49,806 nt of DNA. It comes from Fimbriiglobus sp. (lineage in GTDB: Bacteria; Planctomycetota; Planctomycetia; Gemmatales; Gemmataceae). The notes under the pieces are model-generated. The model was not told where the DNA came from. It made no database searches and saw only the letters and a program-made list of their open reading frames with translations. The DNA is taken from assembly GCA_035699305.1 (NCBI GenBank), contig DASSAT010000395.1, positions 1 through 49,806 of the forward strand, given 5' to 3'. Both the position numbers and the translations under genes were made by a program. This document shows positions 1-9,767 of this stretch, piece by piece (positions within the stretch are counted from its first letter, which is position 1; every line of letters begins with the position of its first letter).

Positions 1-836
1 TCCCGCTCGACCCTCTGGGCGGCGGCGACGTAGCTGTCACGGGCTTCCCGGTCGTTCCGCCACGTCCGGGCCAGCCGGGTGCAGTGATCGACCCCGACCG
101 GGGTTTCGGCGACCGGGACCGAGGCCAGCTTCGCCGGTACCGCACCGGCGAGACCGGCGACCAGATCCGTCATGAGCACGTGACGGGCCAGCCGGTCCCG
201 GAGGTCGGGAAGGGCCGACTTCTCGGGCAGGTCGATGTCGAAGGCGGCGAGCAGGCCCCGGAGTTCGTTCCGAGCCGACTTCTTCTCGACCTCGGCGTCC
301 AGCCTGTCCCCGGACAGGAAGGCCAAGGCGACCTCTTGGGGGCTGGACGTGCCGTACACCAGTGAGATAACGGCGGTCGAACCAATCCCCTGCTCGGCGA
401 GCTTGTTCAGGTCGGCCAGCGTCAGTTTCCCAGACTCGGCCTGCTTCTCGACTTCGGCGGCGTTCTCCTCCCCGAGTACCGGCTTGAGGGCGTTGCGTGC
501 GACGACGGCTAGCCGGGTGTTGCGGTTCGGCGGCTGCTGGCCGGGCTGCATCACCACCCCGGCCTCGTCGAGTTCGATCAGGGCGCTATGGGTGTCGGCC
601 CGGTCGAGCGGCACGTAGACGACCAGCCGGGGCGGCTGCTCGCCGTTCATCAGGTGGTCGATCTGGTGCCGGAGCTTGAAGAAGCTGCCGTCGTACCGGA
701 CGACGGTGGTGTTCGGCAGGGACAGGGACGCAGCCGCATCCGGGTACGCCTTCTCCGGGTCGTACCAGACCACCAACTGGCGGTCCTCGACCTGCTTGGC
801 GATCAACTGGCACAGGTACTCGGTGACGACGGCCAT
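1..836 (-). CDS. pglZ: PglZ (BREX alkaline-phosphatase-superfamily protein), N-terminal ~278 codons; 3' end runs off the left edge
   Basis: Not in the ORF track because there is no stop in the window. My own minus-strand translation from ATG 836-834 reads MAVVTEYLCQLIAKQVEDRQLVVWYDPEKAYPDAAASLSLPNTTVVRYDGSFFKLRHQIDHL... and stays open to position 1. The VVWYDPE-type N-terminus and the position after pglX fit PglZ. The listed + ORFs at 84-866 are Arg/Pro/Ser-rich antisense artefacts. Confidence 0.7.
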   Translation of the reverse strand, partial: MAVVTEYLCQLIAKQVEDRQLVVWYDPEKAYPDAAASLSLPNTTVVRYDGSFFKLRHQIDHLMNGEQPPRLVVYVPLDRADTHSALIELDEAGVVMQPGQQPPNRNTRLAVVARNALKPVLGEENAAEVEKQAESGKLTLADLNKLAEQGIGSTAVISLVYGTSSPQEVALAFLSGDRLDAEVEKKSARNELRGLLAAFDIDLPEKSALPDLRDRLARHVLMTDLVAGLAGAVPAKLASVPVAETPVGVDHCTRLARTWRNDREARDSYVAAAQRVER

Positions 837-846
837 ACACCCGCTC

Positions 847-1236
847 TCATTGCCAGATTCGGTTGATGCCGTACTGATCGAAAATCACATCGGCGCTCAC
901 GAGCGGGGTGCCTTCGGCAATCGCCTGCGCCGCCAACAGGCGGTCGAACGGGTCACGATGATGCCACGACAACCCGGCCTGCCGCTCGGCGTGATCCAGC
1001 GTGATCGGCAGCACGACCAGCCCGAGGTCGGCTATCGCCTTGTCGATCCAAGGGCGAAAGGGCAACGACAACGGCAACCGACCCAGCCCCACCTTGATGC
1101 TGATTTCCCAGATGGAAGCGATGCTGACGAGCCGTTCGTTGCTCACATTCGCCATGAGCGACATCGCCGCAGCGGGAATCTGGGAAGTGTCATCCGCCGC
1201 CCAGATCAGCGTGTGCGTGTCGAGGAGCAGCTTCAT
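847..1236 (-). CDS. vapC: PIN-domain toxin, VapC family
   Basis: 129 aa. MKLLLDTHTLIWAADD... matches the PIN acidic-residue pattern (D6, E44-like, D100-like). ATGA overlap with the upstream antitoxin ORF. Confidence 0.85.
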   Translation of the reverse strand: MKLLLDTHTLIWAADDTSQIPAAAMSLMANVSNERLVSIASIWEISIKVGLGRLPLSLPFRPWIDKAIADLGLVVLPITLDHAERQAGLSWHHRDPFDRLLAAQAIAEGTPLVSADVIFDQYGINRIWQ

Positions 1237-1460
1237 TCCATGTATTCCTTGAAGTCCTCCAACGGGTCATCGAAGTGTTCCATCGACAGCACCGTGCCCT
1301 TCAACGTCCCGAACTGCGGCGGCTTCTTGGCGGTCAGCGTCGGCACCAACCGGGCCACGGGCTGGTCGTTCTCGGTAATCACCACCTCCTCACCCGGCGT
1401 CAGCCGGTGAATGAGGTCCGAGAGGTTCGCCTGTGCTTCTTGAATCGTGACGGTCGCCAT
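1233..1460 (-). CDS. Phd/YefM-type antitoxin
   Basis: 75 aa. MATVTIQEAQANLSDLIHRLTPGEEVVITENDQPVARLVP is a typical prevent-host-death N-terminus. AGGAGG lies 6 nt upstream. Stop overlaps the vapC start. Confidence 0.8.
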   Translation of the reverse strand: MATVTIQEAQANLSDLIHRLTPGEEVVITENDQPVARLVPTLTAKKPPQFGTLKGTVLSMEHFDDPLEDFKEYME

Positions 1461-1480
1461 GTGTCATCCTCCTTCCAGTG

Positions 1481-4400
1481 TCATTTTACGTGCCCCTTCT
1501 CCCGCAGTTGCTTGCCGATGGACGACCACTCGTACTCGCCCTTGAGGAGATCCTGCCAATACGCCTTGGCCTCCTTCCACGGGACGAGTTCGTGGAACGG
1601 GGCGATGTTCAGGACCACGCCGTCGTTCAGGTCCGGTTCGAGGTACAGGTCGGCCACCCGCCGGAGCTTGTCCTCGAAGTCCCGCAGTTCGGACAGCAGG
1701 TCTTCCTGCCGCTCCATGTCCTTGCCGAGCTTCTTGGCGGCTTTGCCCGAGTCGCCGGCTGCGGCCTTCTGGGTGCGCAGGGCATCGAGGCGGCTGTCCT
1801 CCAGCCGGATCTTCGGCTCGACATACTGCTGAAGTGCCCTGAACAAGATCTCCTTGTCGAGCCGGTGGTAGTAGAGCCAGAGAGCGTAGTTCTTCTTCGA
1901 CGACTGGAGCAGCCAGTAGATCGGAGCCTTTCGGCGGCTCTTGGAATATCGGGAGATGTGGTCGTCCCAGAACCCACCCTTACCGGGCTTTCGGAAGTAA
2001 TCCCGCAGTTCCTTCACGCCGAGAATCTCGCAGGCTTCGGCTTCGATGGCCTCTGCACGGCCCTTCCAAATGACTTCGAGAACTCCACGTACCCTACGCA
2101 CCAGATCGTCGGAGTGGTCGGCGTCATCGACGAGAATGCCGTCCCAGTCGATGACCAGTGGGTAGCCCGCTATGGTCGTAGGATCGGGCAAGCAGCCGCA
2201 CTGGCCAAGCATACCCGGTGAGCAACGGGGTAGAGCAGCGAACGGTGTGGGCAGCGGTGGTGTGTCCCTCTCGTTCGTAACATACCGAACGTCCCAGCGG
2301 CCAACAACAACTCCGCAGCAGTACGAGACAAGACCACGAACCGGCGAACCAATCTCAAACCGCTCCTGTTCCTCGTTATCGGTGTCTTCAACATCGTCGC
2401 CTGGAGACGAGTCGTTGATCGCTTCAGTGACACCATCTGTCACATCACAAGTGACATCTTGAACACCATACACCTGCTCCACATGTTTATCGATGTGCGC
2501 TTGAATCTCTGAGAGACGTGCTTGTGTCGCTTCACGTTCACGAGCGATTTGTGTGGCCCCCTCCTTGAGCGTTGAGGGCCTTGACTGAGAGAGGGCCGCT
2601 GGAGTAACGAACAGATGGCTGGTTTCATCCCAAGCAAGTCGGTTCTGCTTTTCAGCAACATAGTCCGCTGATAGCCTCTGTATTTCAGTGCGAACGTTAT
2701 CGTTCACGCTTGTCGGTATCGGCGTCTGCTCCAACACACCGACCTCATACGACCCGAATGCAGTCTGTAGCGAGAGCAGCTTCCTGAAGAGCGCTGAATT
2801 CATCACGCCAGAGTAGTACAGCAAGGACTGCTCGCTGTTGTCGGGAAGGAATAGTGATGGGCCTTTGTCACCGATGATGCACCCAGCCGGTAGCACACGC
2901 ACGTTGAACCCTTTTTGTGTTCGGCGTGCCCACGTCAGTCCGGGGCGGAAGTAGTGGCTGTAGCCATTAAGGGCTGCTGACCACTGATAGCCCCACCCCC
3001 TACTACCACGGTAATCCGAAAGGAACTTCTTGAGGGCTGCACCATCGTTCTCCCAGTCGATCACCAATTCCCAATCTGAGTAAAACGGAGAGTACGCCCC
3101 GCCTTTTGCGTGCATTACCCACCGCTTGCCGGAGGTCGTCTCCTCACGGGTGCGGGCCGTGAGGTCCGCAGGTATTTCCCACCACAGTCGCAGAAAGCGG
3201 AAGTCGTTATTCGTATACGCTCCCTTCTGAGCCTTGCGTCCCTCGGCTTCCAATCTTGGCAGTTTGGAGAATAGAGCGAGTACCTCGTCGGCTTCCCAGT
3301 ATGCGAACGGCGAGCCGGGCACTTGTCCGAACAGTGCCGACCGTACTTGAAATAGCTCCGCTGAACGCCGGCCCTCTTTCACAGATCCAACAGCCGCACG
3401 TAAAGCGGTCTCCTTGTTATCGCTTTGGAGAAGACGAAAGAAACTGGTTGAGTCTTCCGAGTCTTGAGCTTCAACACAGTAAGCTGCTGTCTCGACCATC
3501 GCCGTGTCGAGAACTCCTTGTCCGAGGTCCGCAACGACAGTCGGGTAAGCCCCGTCAAGCAGGATTTCTTCCCGCCATTTCTCGAAAGTGGTGAGAAAGA
3601 AGCCTGATCTTGATGTGATCGCACCCAAATACCCGCTTCGGTGAAGTCGGCTCAAACCCCGTTCAATGAACGCTGCGTAGAGGTCGTTCTTGGTCCGAGG
3701 ATACTGCTTCTCGATGAGACTTTTTGCTGGCTTACTGGAAATGCCGAATGGCGGGTTCATGAGGGTCACGTCAAAGCGCTTGTGGGACATCTCGACGAAG
3801 GCGAAGCCCCGAACGGCGTCCTCCGTGAAGAGTTTCCGCTGAAGTAACTGCCCGTTCCCAGCCCGCTCGGCGTACTCCCTCAGTGTCTCCACAACCTTCG
3901 CCTCGGCCTGCTCGAAGAACTGATCGTCGGTGATGTCCGACAAGTCAAAAAGTGCTGGCTGTTCAGGCTTCCCAGAAAGTCGGTCCATTACAGCTTCAGT
4001 GAACAGGAGTTGCCGTCCCTTCCGGTCGGTCGCCTGCGTGGTCTCTCGCACCCACTGCTTCTTGGCTTCGGCCACTGCTTCTCGCACTTCCTCTTCGATC
4101 TTCAGCAGCGACCCGGCTTCACCGGCCAGCTTCATCTTCTCGAACACAACCTCGACGAGTTGGCCGAGCAGCTTCGGCTCAAGCTGGCCGATGAACTCCT
4201 TGAGCATCTGCTGCTCGCCGGGCATCTGCTCGGCGCAGACGATGTTCGACTTGGTGATCTTCGGCCGGTCCTTCTTCCGTCCCATGTCCTGATATGCCCG
4301 CTGGCATCGCAGCCAGAGGGCGAGGGCGGCGATCTGAGTGGCCCGCAGGTCGATGTCGATCCCGTGCAGGTTGTGCTTCAGGATCAGAGCCGGCACGGCC

Positions 4401-5515
4401 TTCCTCAGATCCTCAAGCGTGGGGTAGTCCCGCTGGAGGTCCGGGCCGAGTTCCGGGTCGGCGTAGGCTTCCTCGTAGATCACCAGCAGCAGGTCGAAGC
4501 AGTACAGGAGGAAGTGTCCACTTCCACAGGCCGGGTCGAGGATCTTCAGTTCCCGAGGGTCTTTCTTGGCCCGGAACGGGATGAACACTGGTTGCTTGAG
4601 CAGTTCCTCTTGGGGCAGGTCGTCCTTGACCTCGGAGGTGTCCTTCGGCGGCTGCTCCCCGTCTTTGAGGAACACCTCGGTCGGTCGGCGGACAAGGTAG
4701 CGGCACTGCTCGGCGAGCCGGGTCTTGCCCTGCCGCATCTCATGCCAGATGCGGCCGAGCGTGTTGTCGGTCAGGAACTCGACCACGTACCGGGGAGTGA
4801 AGAACTGGTTGCGGAACGCCAGTTCGTAGGAGTTGCGGGGGGCCTGACTCTCCTTGCGGGCCTGATCCCGCAGTTCCTTCGGCGTGAAATACTGGTACAC
4901 CCACCCGATGGCCTCGTCCTGCGTCCAGATCCCGGCGAGTTCCTCGCTGTTGAGCAGGCCGAGCACCTCGTCGAGCACCCGCTGGGGCGGGTACAGCCGG
5001 TTGGACGGGTCGGTCGGCGAGAAGAGCACCCCGATCTCGTCCGACAGGGTGCCGCCCAGCCAGTTGAGGAAGTGCCGGTAGGTCACGTCCTGCTGGCCGG
5101 CGGCGTGCCGCTTCTGGTCCTCGTCGTAATCGGCGAGGTAGAACAGGAACCCCTGCGACTTGAGCCCCTTGCTGACCGACTCCCGGATCAGCCCACGGGC
5201 CTCCATCATCTTGTAGGCGCAGAGCCGGTTCAGGTGGGTGAAGGCGACCTCCCGGACCAACTGGGCGAGCGAGTCCGTGGGCTTGTACCCGAGGGCCTTC
5301 ACGTGCTCGAAGTGGTCGAGGATGTCCTTGCGGTAGTCTTGGTCCTCGGCCGACAGGTGCGTCATCTTTGAGGCGGGCTCGACCTGCACGTCGTCCGACT
5401 TGGCGACGGCGTACACCCCGAACTGCCCCTGAAGCACCTGCGCAACCGCCTCTTCGAGCAGCCGGCGGCACTGCGTCACGACGCTGCGGAGCTTGTTGCG
5501 GGTCGCTTGGTCCAT
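1481..5515 (-). CDS. pglX: BREX N6-adenine DNA methyltransferase PglX (BrxX)
   Basis: Start trimmed to MDQATRNKL (ATG 5515), 5 nt after the brxC stop. SAM motif ILDPACGSGHFLLY and catalytic LMNPPFG are present. ~1344 aa. The listed longer ORF (to 6088) has an Arg/Gly/Pro-rich extension that overlaps brxC. Confidence 0.9.
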   Translation of the reverse strand: MDQATRNKLRSVVTQCRRLLEEAVAQVLQGQFGVYAVAKSDDVQVEPASKMTHLSAEDQDYRKDILDHFEHVKALGYKPTDSLAQLVREVAFTHLNRLCAYKMMEARGLIRESVSKGLKSQGFLFYLADYDEDQKRHAAGQQDVTYRHFLNWLGGTLSDEIGVLFSPTDPSNRLYPPQRVLDEVLGLLNSEELAGIWTQDEAIGWVYQYFTPKELRDQARKESQAPRNSYELAFRNQFFTPRYVVEFLTDNTLGRIWHEMRQGKTRLAEQCRYLVRRPTEVFLKDGEQPPKDTSEVKDDLPQEELLKQPVFIPFRAKKDPRELKILDPACGSGHFLLYCFDLLLVIYEEAYADPELGPDLQRDYPTLEDLRKAVPALILKHNLHGIDIDLRATQIAALALWLRCQRAYQDMGRKKDRPKITKSNIVCAEQMPGEQQMLKEFIGQLEPKLLGQLVEVVFEKMKLAGEAGSLLKIEEEVREAVAEAKKQWVRETTQATDRKGRQLLFTEAVMDRLSGKPEQPALFDLSDITDDQFFEQAEAKVVETLREYAERAGNGQLLQRKLFTEDAVRGFAFVEMSHKRFDVTLMNPPFGISSKPAKSLIEKQYPRTKNDLYAAFIERGLSRLHRSGYLGAITSRSGFFLTTFEKWREEILLDGAYPTVVADLGQGVLDTAMVETAAYCVEAQDSEDSTSFFRLLQSDNKETALRAAVGSVKEGRRSAELFQVRSALFGQVPGSPFAYWEADEVLALFSKLPRLEAEGRKAQKGAYTNNDFRFLRLWWEIPADLTARTREETTSGKRWVMHAKGGAYSPFYSDWELVIDWENDGAALKKFLSDYRGSRGWGYQWSAALNGYSHYFRPGLTWARRTQKGFNVRVLPAGCIIGDKGPSLFLPDNSEQSLLYYSGVMNSALFRKLLSLQTAFGSYEVGVLEQTPIPTSVNDNVRTEIQRLSADYVAEKQNRLAWDETSHLFVTPAALSQSRPSTLKEGATQIAREREATQARLSEIQAHIDKHVEQVYGVQDVTCDVTDGVTEAINDSSPGDDVEDTDNEEQERFEIGSPVRGLVSYCCGVVVGRWDVRYVTNERDTPPLPTPFAALPRCSPGMLGQCGCLPDPTTIAGYPLVIDWDGILVDDADHSDDLVRRVRGVLEVIWKGRAEAIEAEACEILGVKELRDYFRKPGKGGFWDDHISRYSKSRRKAPIYWLLQSSKKNYALWLYYHRLDKEILFRALQQYVEPKIRLEDSRLDALRTQKAAAGDSGKAAKKLGKDMERQEDLLSELRDFEDKLRRVADLYLEPDLNDGVVLNIAPFHELVPWKEAKAYWQDLLKGEYEWSSIGKQLREKGHVK

Positions 5516-5520
5516 CGGGC

Positions 5521-8500
5521 TCACTCCACCACGATCTTCACGTCCTCTTCGAGCAACTTCAGCAGGTGGTCCTGAAGCCGGGCGACGGCCTGCCGGACCT
5601 GCTCCTCGCTGTCCATCGGCCCCGAGAAGAACTCGGCCAGCCGCACCCGCTGGACCTTCTTGTCCGGCGGGGCGGTGAGCTTCTGGATCTGGGCCACGAC
5701 CCCGGCCAGCAGGCCGCCCAGAGCGGCGAGGTCGGACTCCATCTGGGACAGGGTGGCCCGGCACCGCTGGCAGACCATCCCCCCGACCGGCAGGTCGAGG
5801 TCGGGGCAGGACCGGCCGGCCAGCGGGGCGAGCACCGGCTCTCGCATGGTCTCGGGCACGGCGCTCCACTCGGCCCGTCCCTTCACCTTCTCCACCGCTT
5901 GTGCGAACTCGGTCGCCCGGTCGGCGTGGACCTGCTGGTACAGCGCCCGGTAGGCCGACCCGACCTCGGTGGCGGTCGTCCCGATTTTGGGGAACGACTC
6001 GTAGAAGGTCTCGGAGGCGAGCAGCCCCCGCAACTCGGCGACCTTCTCGGCCAGCCCGGTCTGCCCCCGGCCCTCCAGTTGCGGCCACATCTGGTCGGCG
6101 GCGGTCCGGGCCTGCCGGATCGTGGCCAGCCCCGTGTCGTCGAGGCAGTCGGCCAGCTTGCGGAGCCGCTCCCGTGCCGCCTTGAGGGAGGTGGCACTCC
6201 CGGAGAGGGTGTTCACGCAGTCGTCGGCGGACCCGGACTCGATGGCGGCGAGGGTGTCCCGGTACTCCTGCACCGGCCCGGCCACCGGCAGGCTGTGCGA
6301 CTTCGCCTGCGCCTCGACCGGGTAGAGAACCTTCAGTTCCTCCCCGGCCAGCTTCTTCAGGGCCTCGGCGATGGCGGTCTTGTCCATCGCCACCGTCTCG
6401 CCGGTCAGGTCTTCGTAGCTCTCGACCGCCCGCTTCAGGGTCTTCAGGTCAATCGGCTTGACCGGGGTGAACAGCGCCGACTTGAAGGCGGTGTTGTTGG
6501 TGAACGGGACACGGCAGGCCGGGTCTTGGTACGAGTCGAACTTCCGGCCCCCGTGCGTCACCTCGATGGCCCCGGCCCGGAACAGGGCGGCGAGCACCAG
6601 CCGGAGCACGTCCCGGTCCCATCCGTACCCGATCCCGCCGAACTTCTTCTCCAGCGCCTTGCCCAGCCGGGTGTCCTTGTTCCCGTACCCGTGCTCGCTC
6701 ACGAGGTAGCCGAGCACCTCCTTGGCCACGTCCGCCGCCGGGTTCGGGACGAACTTGGCCCCGTCCTTCGTGACCAGCCCGAGCCCGTTCTCCCCGCCGT
6801 AGAACACCTGCGGCAAGGCTTGCAGGTTCGCCGCCTTGAGCAGCACCTCGGCCTCGTCCCCCTTGAGCGGCCGGGAGCCCATCTCCAGCTTCGGGTACAG
6901 GTCGGGGACCACCTTGCCGAGCAGCTTCTTGACGATCTCCCCGAGCGTCTTGCCCAGCGACGGGGCGTCGCTCGCCACCCCCCGGAACATCCCGGTCCCC
7001 CGTTCGAGGGCCTCGGTCAGCTTGTCCCGCAGCCGGGACCGGTAGTTCAGGGCGGCGTTCTTCTCGTCCTGAAGGCAGGTGGCCTCGTCGGTGGTGATCT
7101 TGTTCTGCGCCCGCAGTTGGTCGTACTTCTCGACCATCTTCCGGGAGGCGTGGACCTCCTTGACCAGATCGTCGATCTCCGGGGTCAGGGCGAACGCCCA
7201 GTACACGTCGTTCTCGTGGCCCTTCTGCCGGCTCTCCTCCCGCACCTCGGCCAGCCGCTTCTGGAAGCCGTCCGGGTCGTCGGCCACGCAGAGGGACAGG
7301 GTGATGTCCCCCTCGTCCCCGAGCGAGGTGCCGTCCACGGCGATCCCGAGCCGGAACGTCTTGTGGTCCTTGTACCGGTAGGTCTTCAGGGCCGGCTCCC
7401 CGAACACCTCCTCCAACGTCTCACGGGCGATCTCGTTCTCCTCCCGTGGCCTCGGTTCGAGATGGCCCCGCCGCTCGGTTTCCCAGTTCTTCTCCTGTGC
7501 GGTCTGGAGCTTCCACCCCTCCTCCGTGCTGCGGACGAACTGGGCGGCGTGCAGCCGCTTGACCGCCGCCTGCACCTCCTTGAGCGGGGCCGGCTTGCCG
7601 ACCTCATCGACCAAGAAGGCGGCGACGTTCGCCTCGGTGCGGGGCAGGTCACGGATGAACTCCAGCAGGCAGATCACCTTCGCCGTCCGCAGCGCCCACC
7701 CCTTGTCGTCCGGGTCGGACTTGAACCGCTGGCCGATCTCGTGGATGTCCGTCCGCTTCTCGTTCGACAGGTTCCCCTCGACCAGTTCGTACACCTTGTC
7801 CAGCGTGACCAGCGCCCCGACCGGCTTCTTGGCCATCGCCGTCCGGTCGGACACCAGCATCTCGTAAGCCTGCTTGATGATCGTCCGGTTGCTCCCGCCG
7901 TAGTGCCGGGGGGCTCCGGGCTGGAGGCGGACGCCGGACATGATCCCGATGCACAGGTCGATGTAGTGCGGCGGATACGGGTAGAACTGCACGAAGTCGG
8001 CCTCGGCGACCTCGGTGCGGCGGGTCGTCCGCTCCAGCCGCAGGGCGGCGTTGAGCGTGCTCCCGTTCTCGTCGAACAGCTTCCTGAGCACCGGCTCGGC
8101 CGTCTGCTTCTTGGCCAGCACCCGCTTGGTGGCGACCTCCCGGATGTCGGACGGGGCCAGATCGACCCGGTGGCGGAACCGGTCTTGGAGCTTGGCCAGT
8201 TCGACCCGCTTGGAGTCGATTGCGGCGACCACCTCGTCGAGCTTCTCCTGCGACGTGACGACGATCCAACAGGGGGCCGGGATCTTCCGCTGCTTGAGCA
8301 GGTTCTTCCCGACCTTGCCGAACTCCTCCACGGTGGCCCGCAGGTCTTCGATCTTGTCCCCGCTGCGGGCCACGTGCTGGCCCACCTCGTCGATGATGAA
8401 CACGAGGGCCTTCCCCTTGCGCCTGCGGCCCCACAGGTCGAACGTCCGCTCGACCACCCGGCTGACGGTGATCGAGGCGTCCCGGCTCCGCTGGGCGTGC

Positions 8501-9171
8501 GCCCACGAGTCGGCCGAGGGGTAGGTCTTCGGGTCGAGGCGGTGCAGCACCGCACTCGCCCGTGAGAGCTTCTGGGCACCCTTGCGGACCATCCGCCAGT
8601 CCTGATTGTGGATCTCCTTGCAAGCGGCGACGAACTGCTCCAGCCGGCCCTCGGCTTCGAGTTCGATCTCAAGCTCGGCGATGTCGAAGTCCTCGGCGTA
8701 GTCGAGTTCCCGGAGCAGGACGGTGTACATCAACTCGGCGATCCGCTCCGTCACCTTCCGGGTGTCCCGCTCCTTCGCCACCTCGAACAGAATGACCTCG
8801 GTGGGGATGCGGGCGTTGATGCTGTCGAGCAGGTCGCCGACCCGGCGGTCGCCGATCTGCGTCTTGAACAGTTCGGCGAACGGCCGGCCGGCCAGCGGCC
8901 GGTTCTGGAGGGCGTACCCGAGGTACTTGGCGAACGAACTCTTCCCCGACCCGAAGAACCCGGACACCCAGACCCCGACCCCCTCGTGCGGGTCGGACGG
9001 GGCCTCGGCGACGGCCCGGAGCAGTTGGTGGTACTGGTCCCGGATGCTGTCGGTGGCGACGTACTCGGTGATCTCGGCGAGGACGGACTGCTCGTCCGCC
9101 TGATCGACCTGAATGATCTCCTCGATCTTCCGGCCGAGGTCTCGGTGCAGCAGGTCGGCGATGGCTTGCAT
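5521..9171 (-). CDS. brxC: BREX P-loop ATPase BrxC/PglY
   Basis: Start trimmed to MQAIADLLHRDLGRKIEEIIQVDQ (ATG 9171). Walker A GFFGSGKSSFAKYLG. ~1217 aa. Sits between brxB and pglX. Confidence 0.9.
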   Translation of the reverse strand: MQAIADLLHRDLGRKIEEIIQVDQADEQSVLAEITEYVATDSIRDQYHQLLRAVAEAPSDPHEGVGVWVSGFFGSGKSSFAKYLGYALQNRPLAGRPFAELFKTQIGDRRVGDLLDSINARIPTEVILFEVAKERDTRKVTERIAELMYTVLLRELDYAEDFDIAELEIELEAEGRLEQFVAACKEIHNQDWRMVRKGAQKLSRASAVLHRLDPKTYPSADSWAHAQRSRDASITVSRVVERTFDLWGRRRKGKALVFIIDEVGQHVARSGDKIEDLRATVEEFGKVGKNLLKQRKIPAPCWIVVTSQEKLDEVVAAIDSKRVELAKLQDRFRHRVDLAPSDIREVATKRVLAKKQTAEPVLRKLFDENGSTLNAALRLERTTRRTEVAEADFVQFYPYPPHYIDLCIGIMSGVRLQPGAPRHYGGSNRTIIKQAYEMLVSDRTAMAKKPVGALVTLDKVYELVEGNLSNEKRTDIHEIGQRFKSDPDDKGWALRTAKVICLLEFIRDLPRTEANVAAFLVDEVGKPAPLKEVQAAVKRLHAAQFVRSTEEGWKLQTAQEKNWETERRGHLEPRPREENEIARETLEEVFGEPALKTYRYKDHKTFRLGIAVDGTSLGDEGDITLSLCVADDPDGFQKRLAEVREESRQKGHENDVYWAFALTPEIDDLVKEVHASRKMVEKYDQLRAQNKITTDEATCLQDEKNAALNYRSRLRDKLTEALERGTGMFRGVASDAPSLGKTLGEIVKKLLGKVVPDLYPKLEMGSRPLKGDEAEVLLKAANLQALPQVFYGGENGLGLVTKDGAKFVPNPAADVAKEVLGYLVSEHGYGNKDTRLGKALEKKFGGIGYGWDRDVLRLVLAALFRAGAIEVTHGGRKFDSYQDPACRVPFTNNTAFKSALFTPVKPIDLKTLKRAVESYEDLTGETVAMDKTAIAEALKKLAGEELKVLYPVEAQAKSHSLPVAGPVQEYRDTLAAIESGSADDCVNTLSGSATSLKAARERLRKLADCLDDTGLATIRQARTAADQMWPQLEGRGQTGLAEKVAELRGLLASETFYESFPKIGTTATEVGSAYRALYQQVHADRATEFAQAVEKVKGRAEWSAVPETMREPVLAPLAGRSCPDLDLPVGGMVCQRCRATLSQMESDLAALGGLLAGVVAQIQKLTAPPDKKVQRVRLAEFFSGPMDSEEQVRQAVARLQDHLLKLLEEDVKIVVE

Positions 9172-9185
9172 GGCGGTCCTCGGCC

Positions 9186-9767
9186 TCACCCGTAGATCTT
9201 GACCCGGTAGTTGCCCAGCGCCTCCCGGCCGGTCAGGTCCATGAACCGCAGGCCGGTCGTCCCCTCGATGGAGCCGGGGTAGCACAGGATGGTCGTCACC
9301 CGTGACCGGCCCTGCATCTGGTCGAGCAGCTTCGACATGTGGTAGACGCCGGGGGCCATCGCCGCCACACGGGTCAGGAACACCACGCTCCGGGCCGGGT
9401 CGAGCGGCTTGAGTCGGTCCTCCAGCATCCTCGCCAGCGGGCACCAGTCCTTGTCGGACAGGTAGGTCGCCACCTGATCTTGGGCCTCAAGATACCCCCG
9501 GCCCCGCTCCAGTGCGACCACCTCGTCGAGCCCCTCGGTCTCTTGGACCGCCCGCCACAGGAACTCGGACATCGGGAGCAGGTGGACCTCCCTGCCCACG
9601 GCTTCGAGCCGGGTGGCGAGCAGCCGCACCTCCCGCCGCAACTCCCACTCCCGGTCCGGCTCGTACCGGAGGACGGCGAACGGCAGGTCGTGGTAGACGC
9701 TGATCCGGGGCGGCACCGCCTTCAGGTCGGCTTCGAGGAGTTCAATCCGGTCTTTGAGCGACGACAT
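9186..9767 (-). CDS. brxB: BrxB (DUF1788-like)
   Basis: 193 aa. ISVYHDLPFAVLRYEPDREWELRREV... matches the DUF1788 pattern as I remember it. GAGGAG SD upstream. Position is between brxA and brxC. Confidence 0.8.
   Translation of the reverse strand: MSSLKDRIELLEADLKAVPPRISVYHDLPFAVLRYEPDREWELRREVRLLATRLEAVGREVHLLPMSEFLWRAVQETEGLDEVVALERGRGYLEAQDQVATYLSDKDWCPLARMLEDRLKPLDPARSVVFLTRVAAMAPGVYHMSKLLDQMQGRSRVTTILCYPGSIEGTTGLRFMDLTGREALGNYRVKIYG

Noticed and set aside
84-866. Several plus-strand ORFs (84-365, 235-618, 588-866, 676-1410) at the left edge
   Set aside because: They have low-complexity Arg/Ser/Pro composition. The minus strand carries an uninterrupted PglZ-like reading frame and the vapC gene.
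5516-6088. N-terminal extensions of listed ORFs (1481-6088, 5521-9444, 9742-10800, 15771-17255, 32851-34512, 42531-44531)
   Set aside because: The extensions are Arg/Gly/Pro-rich and overlap the upstream gene. Internal ATGs with SD-like sequences or ATGA-type coupling give proteins that start where homologous families start.
5368-8565. 1065-aa plus-strand ORF, the longest plus-strand ORF in the BREX region
   Set aside because: It is antisense to brxC, extremely rich in Arg/Pro/Gly/Leu/Val, and has no recognisable motifs. This is a typical shadow ORF of a high-GC gene. The same applies to 4010-5371, 1478-2221 and 8608-9195.
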